Below are positions 58,359-64,000 of a stretch of 64,000 nt of DNA, one piece after another. Numbering within the stretch: the stretch's first letter is position 1; the number at the start of each line of letters is the position of its first letter. Source of the stretch: Candidatus Zhuqueibacterota bacterium (GTDB taxonomy: Bacteria; Zhuqueibacterota; Zhuqueibacteria; Residuimicrobiales; Krinioviventaceae). The stretch is from positions 44,240-108,239 of the forward strand of contig JAPDQV010000003.1 of NCBI GenBank assembly GCA_034505495.1, in the 5' to 3' direction. The position numbers and the translations under genes were made by a program. Below the pieces are notes generated by a model, which saw nothing but the letters and a program-made list of their open reading frames with translations, was not told the DNA's origin and searched no databases.

Positions 58359-59156
58359 ATGGAGAGTTCGAAAAGCAAATCCCGCATTATCACGCTGACA
58401 ACCGACTTTGGGCTGAGAGACGCGTTCGTAGGCGTGATGAAAGGGGTTATTTTACGAATCAATCCGGCGGCCCGAATCGTGGACATTACCCACGGCATCG
58501 CTCAGGGCGATATCGACGCTGCGGCTTTTGCCTTGGATCAGGCACATGCTTTTTTCCCAGAAGAAACGATCCATGTCGTCGTCGTCGATCCGACCGTCGG
58601 CACAGATCGCCGCATTCTCCTGGTGCGTGCCGGCGGCTGGTTCTTCCTTGCTCCGGACAATACCGTGCTCAAGTATATTTTCGCCCGCTATGGGGATGCC
58701 CAGGTGCTGGCGGTCACCAACAGTTACTATTTTCTGCCGCACACCAGCCGGACGTTTCATGGCCGCGACATTATGGCGCCGGTGGCCGCCCATCTTTCTC
58801 TCGGTACGGCATTTCTTGATTTCGGCACTCGAATCGACGATCCGCTGCGCGGCGAGGTGCTTTTGCCGCTGCGTAAAGGAAAAACCATCCACGGCAAGAT
58901 CGTCTATATCGACCATTTCGGCAACTGCATCAGCAACATTTCGAAAAAGGATTTGGTGGGCGAGACGGTCAAAGAAATCAATGTCAAGGAATTCCAATTC
59001 GACCGCCTGAGCCGCTCCTATGCCGAAAATCCCGTCGGCGAGCCGCTCGCCATTGTCAGCAGTCACGACCATCTGGAGATCGCCGTGCGCGACGGCAATG
59101 CCGCCGCTATTCTCAAGCTCGAGAAAGGCGACCCGATAGAAGTCGTTTTGGAATAA
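58359..59156 (+). CDS. SAM hydroxide adenosyltransferase (DUF62)
   Basis: ITLTTDFG...DAFVGVMKGVI N-terminal signature. 265 aa. Confidence 0.8.
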   Translation: MESSKSKSRIITLTTDFGLRDAFVGVMKGVILRINPAARIVDITHGIAQGDIDAAAFALDQAHAFFPEETIHVVVVDPTVGTDRRILLVRAGGWFFLAPDNTVLKYIFARYGDAQVLAVTNSYYFLPHTSRTFHGRDIMAPVAAHLSLGTAFLDFGTRIDDPLRGEVLLPLRKGKTIHGKIVYIDHFGNCISNISKKDLVGETVKEINVKEFQFDRLSRSYAENPVGEPLAIVSSHDHLEIAVRDGNAAAILKLEKGDPIEVVLE

Positions 59157-59180
59157 ACTGGAAAGCGGCCAAGAGCGCAT

Positions 59181-60038
59181 ATGCACGATTTCGAAGGCGA
59201 AATGGTCGAGGTTTGGGAGCCCTTGCCGGTCAAACGCCGACTTGCCCTTCCTGCCGACAAACCTCTGATCAACCTCGTTCTCTTTCTGCTTACCGTCGCT
59301 TCAACCTGGTTTATGTGGGGCGGCCGGTATAGTTTGGCAGTGACCGCCATTTTGGGCGCTCATGAGATGGGCCATTACATCGCCTGTCGTCGGCACGGCA
59401 TGCGCTCGACGTTACCTTTTTTTATCCCATTTCCCTTTTTCAATCCGTTCGGCACTCTCGGCGCGGTAATTCAAATCCGCACCCCTTTTTTCGACCGCCG
59501 CTCCCTGTTTGATGTCGGCGCCGCAGGCCCCTTTGCCGGTCTGATCGTTACGGCGTTCGTGCTGATGTTGGGTTTTACGGTGCCCTTTGAGCCGAACATG
59601 AAAACCCTATCGGCTTCTTTCAAGCCCGAACCCCAGCTCCTAATGCAGGGTTTTTCGCTGCTGATGCGCGGCTCAACGGTCAGCGGAGCGCAGATTATCG
59701 CCAATCCGTTGCTCTATGCCGGCTGGGTCGGCCTGTTCGTGACTTCGCTCAATCTTTTGCCCATCGGGCAATTGGACGGCGGTCATATCCTTTACAGCGT
59801 TTTTGGCCCCAAAACCCGTTCGATGATGATCGTTTTTATCATGCTGTTGGGCCTGTTAACCTTTTTCAATTTGGGATGGGCTCTGCTGTTCTTCATTCTG
59901 TTACTTTTCGGCCGAAACCACCCGCCGCCGATCGACAGTTATAGACCCCTCGACCGCATGCGGTGCCTGCTGGCAATAACTGCGGCGGTCATTTTTGCCC
60001 TGACTTTTACACCGTTTCCTTTTACCGTTTTGAGGTGA
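59181..60038 (+). CDS. site-2 protease (M50) family membrane metalloprotease
   Basis: HEMGH zinc motif within a TM helix and a second NLLPIGQLDGG motif. Confidence 0.8.
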   Translation: MHDFEGEMVEVWEPLPVKRRLALPADKPLINLVLFLLTVASTWFMWGGRYSLAVTAILGAHEMGHYIACRRHGMRSTLPFFIPFPFFNPFGTLGAVIQIRTPFFDRRSLFDVGAAGPFAGLIVTAFVLMLGFTVPFEPNMKTLSASFKPEPQLLMQGFSLLMRGSTVSGAQIIANPLLYAGWVGLFVTSLNLLPIGQLDGGHILYSVFGPKTRSMMIVFIMLLGLLTFFNLGWALLFFILLLFGRNHPPPIDSYRPLDRMRCLLAITAAVIFALTFTPFPFTVLR

Positions 60039-60039
60039 T

Positions 60040-60973
60040 CATGAAAGAGGCTCTGCGCGAAAATAGTGCGGAAAATTTGCCGGACGAGGCGGAATCGCTG
60101 TTGCCGCAGCCTCGAAAAAGCAAAAAGCAGCGATTGGTCTGGATCTTCGTCGCGGTGCTGCTGATCGCCGGCGAAGCGGCATTCGATATTTTCGAGATTG
60201 CCGTCGGCCGCTTTCTTCTGCTGACCAACCCGCTGCGCCCGCAGAGCGGTCGTTTATGGGAAGAGGATTTAAAAGAGCAGGAGGGACTTTCGGCGCTTGA
60301 AGAGGTCATCGAAAAGAGCTCGCTTGAGGAAATACCGCGCGAACCGATACACAACCTCGAGGAACTGCAGAATGCGCTGGAAGCTTTTGGCCGTGTATCG
60401 ATGAGCAAGGAGGAATTCCTGCAGTTTTATCGGAAGCTGCCCGCAAACCACGCCAAACAGCTTGCCGATCCGCTGCTCATTTTGGAGCTTGACCGCGGCG
60501 GTATATGGCGCCGTACGCAGTTTTCCGCTTCCGACGGCCAAATCGCCCTCCACTTTTTAGACGGTTACGACAACCTTTTGCGCGAATGCCACAGCTCCGT
60601 TGACCAGAGGGCTGAAGAGCCGCCCCAGTTCGAAGAACGGTTGGAAAGCTTTGCTTACAAAGGCCGTATTGTTTCAGCCGATCTTTTCCTTCAAGCCTTT
60701 AATAAGCTGGATCGTTCGCTGCAACTTCAGATCATCAACGATCCGATTAAGCTTGTGCAGTGGGGGGATGACCTGCAGCGTGTCGGCATTGCCCCTGAGG
60801 TCGACGAAGAGGGGGTGAAGCTGGCCTTTGAAATAAAAAGCGGAGAAGGGGTTGTGGTTCAATCCGTACACGCCTCGGAGCTGGCTGTCGCCTACCTGCT
60901 GCAGGAAATCAATCTGTTGGATGAATCTATTGACATCAAGCCGCCGGTGAAACGCCATGAAAAGAACCGCTAA
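60040..60973 (+). CDS. hypothetical membrane-anchored protein
   Basis: ATG at 60040 after a GAGGTGA RBS. One TM. No domain recognised. Confidence 0.5.
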
Positions 60974-62897
60974 GATTCTGCTGATCGGATCAGCTCTAAT
61001 CGCGCTTGCGGCGATGATTTATGCGCTGTTGCGGCTGCCCCAGTTACCCGACGACTTGAACCGAATTGCATTGGGCAGGCCGACCAAAATTTATGATGAC
61101 AGCGGCCGCCTGATCCGTATCATGGCAAATCGACAGATCGTGCCGCTTTCGCAGATTTCTCCATACATGATTCAAGCCGTGCTGGCGCTGGAAGACCGTG
61201 ACTTCTATCGGCATCACGGGATCAGCAAGACGGGCATGGCGCGGGCGCTGCTTGCCAACTTGCGCTTTCGCCGCGTTGCCCAGGGCGGCAGCACCATCAC
61301 CCAGCAGCTGGCAAAGAATCTCTTTTTCAGTTTTGAGCGCTCTATGGTGCGCAAGCTGCAGGAGCTGTTCATTACCCTGCAGATCGAGCAGCAGTTTACC
61401 AAAGACCAGATCCTGGAGGCCTATCTCAATCAGATCGACTTCGGATCCGGGGTTTACGGCGTTGAGCCGGCGGCGCAGATCTATTTTTCCAAACATGCCG
61501 ACGAGTTGACGCTTGCCGAAGCGGCTATGTTGGCGGGCATTCCCCGCTGGCCTGCCCGTTATAACCCCTACAAAAACCCCGAAGTGGCCAAGGAGAGGCA
61601 GCAATTCGTACTCAAACGGATGCTCGAAGCGAACAGCATTACGCAGGAGCAGTACGAGACGGCTTTAGGGCAAAAGTTGCGCTTTCGGCAGCTTTTCGAA
61701 GCCGGCGAGTATGCCGAATATTTTATCGATGCGGTGATCAACGAGGCGTCGGAGCAGTTCGGCAAGGCGGCAGTGTTGTACGGCGGTCTCGATATTTTTA
61801 CCACGCTCAACAGCGATTATCAGGCGGCGGCCGTTGAAGCGATCACCCTCGGGATGCAGGAACTGGACGAGTTGTTGGGGTTGCCGCCGTACAAATCCGC
61901 CAAGTGGTCGGAACGGAGCAATTATCCGCAGGCGGCTTTGGCGGCGATCGATCCGCGAACCGGCGCCGTCAAGGCCTTGGTGGGCGGTCGCGACTTTCGC
62001 AGCGCTCCGTTCAATCGCGCCCTGGCGGCAAATCGTCTGCCGGGGTCGGCTTTCAAACCGTTCACTTTTACGGCGGCAATCGATCGGGGGATCATTTCTC
62101 CTGAAACCGTTTTGGTTGACGAACCGGTGCAGTTCCGCATCTACAATCAGATATGGGAACCGAAGAACTTTGATCAGCAGTACCTGGGACCGATGACCGC
62201 CAAGATGGCTTTGGCTAAATCGCGCAATGTGATTGCCGCTCAAATTATCGAAAAAGTGGGTCCGGAGACTGTCATCAAATATGCCAAAGAGATGGGCATC
62301 ACCAGTCCTCTGGAGCCTAATTTATCCCTTGCCCTCGGCTCTTCCGGCGTTTCTCCGCTGGAAATGGCTTCCGGATATGCCACTCTCGCTGCCGAAGGCA
62401 TTTACCGCAAGCCTTTTCTCACTCGCAAGATCAATGCGCCGCAAAAACTGCTATATGAAAACGAGTATCGTTCTAAACGCGCATTGGATCAGCAGACCAG
62501 TTACATTATGATCGACATGCTGACGGGCGTGGTCGAATTCGGCACAGCTGCGTCGATTCGCACTGCAGGCATCGATCGCCCGTGCGCCGGGAAGACCGGC
62601 ACGACCAATGACTTTCGTGACGCTTGGTTCGTCGGTTTTACGCCCGAATTGGTAGCGGCGGTCTGGGTCGGTTTCGACGACAACCGTTCGATGCGCACGC
62701 CCACAGGCCGCGGGATCACCGGTGCCTATGGTGCTCTGCCGATTTGGATTCGCTTTATCCAAAGAGCATTGGCCGGTAAAGTCTATCAGGAATTTCCTAT
62801 TCCGCCCGGAATCGAATTCCGCTGGGTCGATCCTTACACCGGCCTGGAAACAGACGCTGCAACCGGCATGCGCATTGCCGTCCGCAGCACACAATAG
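60957..62897 (+). CDS. mrcA: penicillin-binding protein 1A (bifunctional transglycosylase/transpeptidase)
   Basis: GT51 motifs (EDRDFYRHHG, GGSTITQQ) and transpeptidase motifs (SAFKPF, SRN, KTGT). Confidence 0.88.
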   Translation: MKRTAKILLIGSALIALAAMIYALLRLPQLPDDLNRIALGRPTKIYDDSGRLIRIMANRQIVPLSQISPYMIQAVLALEDRDFYRHHGISKTGMARALLANLRFRRVAQGGSTITQQLAKNLFFSFERSMVRKLQELFITLQIEQQFTKDQILEAYLNQIDFGSGVYGVEPAAQIYFSKHADELTLAEAAMLAGIPRWPARYNPYKNPEVAKERQQFVLKRMLEANSITQEQYETALGQKLRFRQLFEAGEYAEYFIDAVINEASEQFGKAAVLYGGLDIFTTLNSDYQAAAVEAITLGMQELDELLGLPPYKSAKWSERSNYPQAALAAIDPRTGAVKALVGGRDFRSAPFNRALAANRLPGSAFKPFTFTAAIDRGIISPETVLVDEPVQFRIYNQIWEPKNFDQQYLGPMTAKMALAKSRNVIAAQIIEKVGPETVIKYAKEMGITSPLEPNLSLALGSSGVSPLEMASGYATLAAEGIYRKPFLTRKINAPQKLLYENEYRSKRALDQQTSYIMIDMLTGVVEFGTAASIRTAGIDRPCAGKTGTTNDFRDAWFVGFTPELVAAVWVGFDDNRSMRTPTGRGITGAYGALPIWIRFIQRALAGKVYQEFPIPPGIEFRWVDPYTGLETDAATGMRIAVRSTQ

Positions 62898-62905
62898 AGG
62901 GGATA

Positions 62906-63811
62906 ATGAGCACAAAAAGTTTTCTTGTCGGCGCTTTAGGGGAAGCCGTTTGGGACGATTACGGCGGTAAACGATTCATCGGCGGTGGGGCTGCCAATTT
63001 CTGCATTCATGCCGCGGCTATGGGGTGCCGCAGCGTATTGTTCAGCCGCATCGGTCATGATCGTGAAGGCCGAGAACTAAAGGAGGCACTTGCACGACGA
63101 TCCGTCGATACCTCGGCTCTGCAGATCGACCTGTTTCTGCCCACTCCGATCGTTTCTGTAGCATTGGACGGCAAAGGATATCCTCATTACACCTGTCCTT
63201 TTCGACCGACCATCGATGAGATTCGCCTCGACTCACTCTGGGAAGAAACGGCGCCGCAGCTCGACGGTCTCTATTTCAGCATGCGCGCCCTGCAGGGAAA
63301 TGTTTCCAGCGAAACCGGCAAGAGATTTTTACAACTGGCCGGTAACGCAGTCAAACTGTTCGATCCTGAGCTGCGTTCCTGGGATCCTACGCAGGAGTTA
63401 AAAGTCATCAACCTTTTGAATGAGGCGGACATCCTAAAACTCGATTTGACCAGCTGCGGATGGCTCAAGATCGGCCTGCAGAGTGAAGAGGACGAGGTTG
63501 TTTTTCTTCACCGTTTAATCGAGACGTTCGGCTTTGAACTGGCGGCGCTGACATTGGGGGAATACGGCTGCTATCTTGTCAGCCGGACAGAAGAAGTCTA
63601 CGACCCCGGCTATTTCATCACTCAACGCGACGCCTCGGGGGCGGGAGACGCCTTTGCCGCAGCGCTGCTGGTCAAGTTCCTGGAAGGCGCGTCGTTGACG
63701 GAAACGGCCGATTTTGCCAATCGCTTGGGGGCTTTTGTGGCTTCGCATCTGGGTGCCGCACCGGCTTGGCAGCCGGAAGATCTCGAACTCTTTGCCTGGA
63801 ACAGTTTGTGA
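62906..63811 (+). CDS. PfkB family carbohydrate kinase
   Basis: Ribokinase-like fold with GAGDAF motif. Confidence 0.75.
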   Translation: MSTKSFLVGALGEAVWDDYGGKRFIGGGAANFCIHAAAMGCRSVLFSRIGHDREGRELKEALARRSVDTSALQIDLFLPTPIVSVALDGKGYPHYTCPFRPTIDEIRLDSLWEETAPQLDGLYFSMRALQGNVSSETGKRFLQLAGNAVKLFDPELRSWDPTQELKVINLLNEADILKLDLTSCGWLKIGLQSEEDEVVFLHRLIETFGFELAALTLGEYGCYLVSRTEEVYDPGYFITQRDASGAGDAFAAALLVKFLEGASLTETADFANRLGAFVASHLGAAPAWQPEDLELFAWNSL

Positions 63812-63897
63812 ATTCATTCGAAATTTGTAATCGTTTAACAATCTAGCCCTATTTTTTCTACTATACAATTTCAACCGGTGACACAAAGGAATACGTC

Positions 63898-64000
63898 ATG
63901 TACAAATGGGGTGTCGTTTTTATTGCCTGTTCTGTTGCTCTAATCAGCAATCGGCTGAATGGTGCTGAGGGCAAAATCAGCGGCGTCATTGTCGATGAAA
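63898..64000 (+). CDS. secreted protein, N-terminus only (possible TonB-dependent receptor / CarbopepD_reg domain start); truncated by the window edge
   Basis: Signal peptide, then GKISGVIVDE, typical of a carboxypeptidase-regulatory-like plug N-terminus. Confidence 0.4.
   Translation, partial: MYKWGVVFIACSVALISNRLNGAEGKISGVIVDE

Noticed and set aside
59963-60039. Start at 59963 for the hypothetical protein downstream of the S2P protease
   Set aside because: Overlaps the S2P CDS by 76 nt. The ATG at 60040 follows a GAGGTGA RBS.
1-64000. Search for CRISPR arrays, tRNA/rRNA genes, IS elements, integrases, phage or toxin-antitoxin modules
   Set aside because: No direct-repeat arrays or cloverleaf-like intergenic segments were seen, and no transposase, integrase, nuclease or defence-associated domains were recognised. 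The window appears to be core chromosome, apart from the small AT-rich island.

Overview
High-GC (~55-60%) chromosomal segment from a bacterium in the Fibrobacterota-Chlorobiota-Bacteroidota superphylum, inferred from three Type IX secretion (T9SS-type) C-terminal sorting domains. The window is densely packed with mostly co-directional operons. No tRNA/rRNA genes, CRISPR arrays, transposases or integrases were found. Recognisable content, in order: dusB 3' end; a cyclic-2,3-diphosphoglycerate-synthetase-like gene; ndk; the conserved yceD-rpmF-plsX-fabH-fabD-fabG-acpP-fabF-rnc block; yigZ, a CorC/HlyC transporter, a DUF1080 protein, an SPFH protein and radC; T9SS cargo proteins (M14 carboxypeptidase, GH5-like hydrolase, a hypothetical); mutL and miaA; the ADP-heptose genes gmhB and hldA (hldE kinase domain) with a hexapeptide acyltransferase; a lysine biosynthesis operon lysC-dapB-dapA-dapF-dapL-lysA preceded by an L-box lysine riboswitch; a TPR protein and an M23 peptidase; a ~1 kb AT-rich island carrying a small Fn3-like secreted protein; a ccmABC cluster plus an unlisted ccmD-like micro-ORF; a receiver-like PAS-GAF protein; and a DUF362 / AmmeMemoRadiSam radical-SAM / Memo-AMMECR1 fusion operon in which all three proteins start with Tat or Sec export signals. 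The window ends with a ~16 kb tightly coupled operon (partly overlap-coupled): a membrane 7TM-GAF-PP2C phosphatase, a STAS anti-sigma antagonist, an RsbW-like kinase, GAF-PP2C and REC-PP2C phosphatases, an embedded B12-binding radical SAM enzyme, a HAMP-GAF-PP2C phosphatase, a TPR protein, a deoxynucleoside kinase, a SAM hydroxide adenosyltransferase (DUF62), a site-2 protease, a hypothetical, PBP1A and a PfkB kinase. The two most interesting candidates are the partner-switching operon with no sigma factor but an embedded B12-rSAM enzyme, and the apparently exported AmmeMemoRadiSam system.
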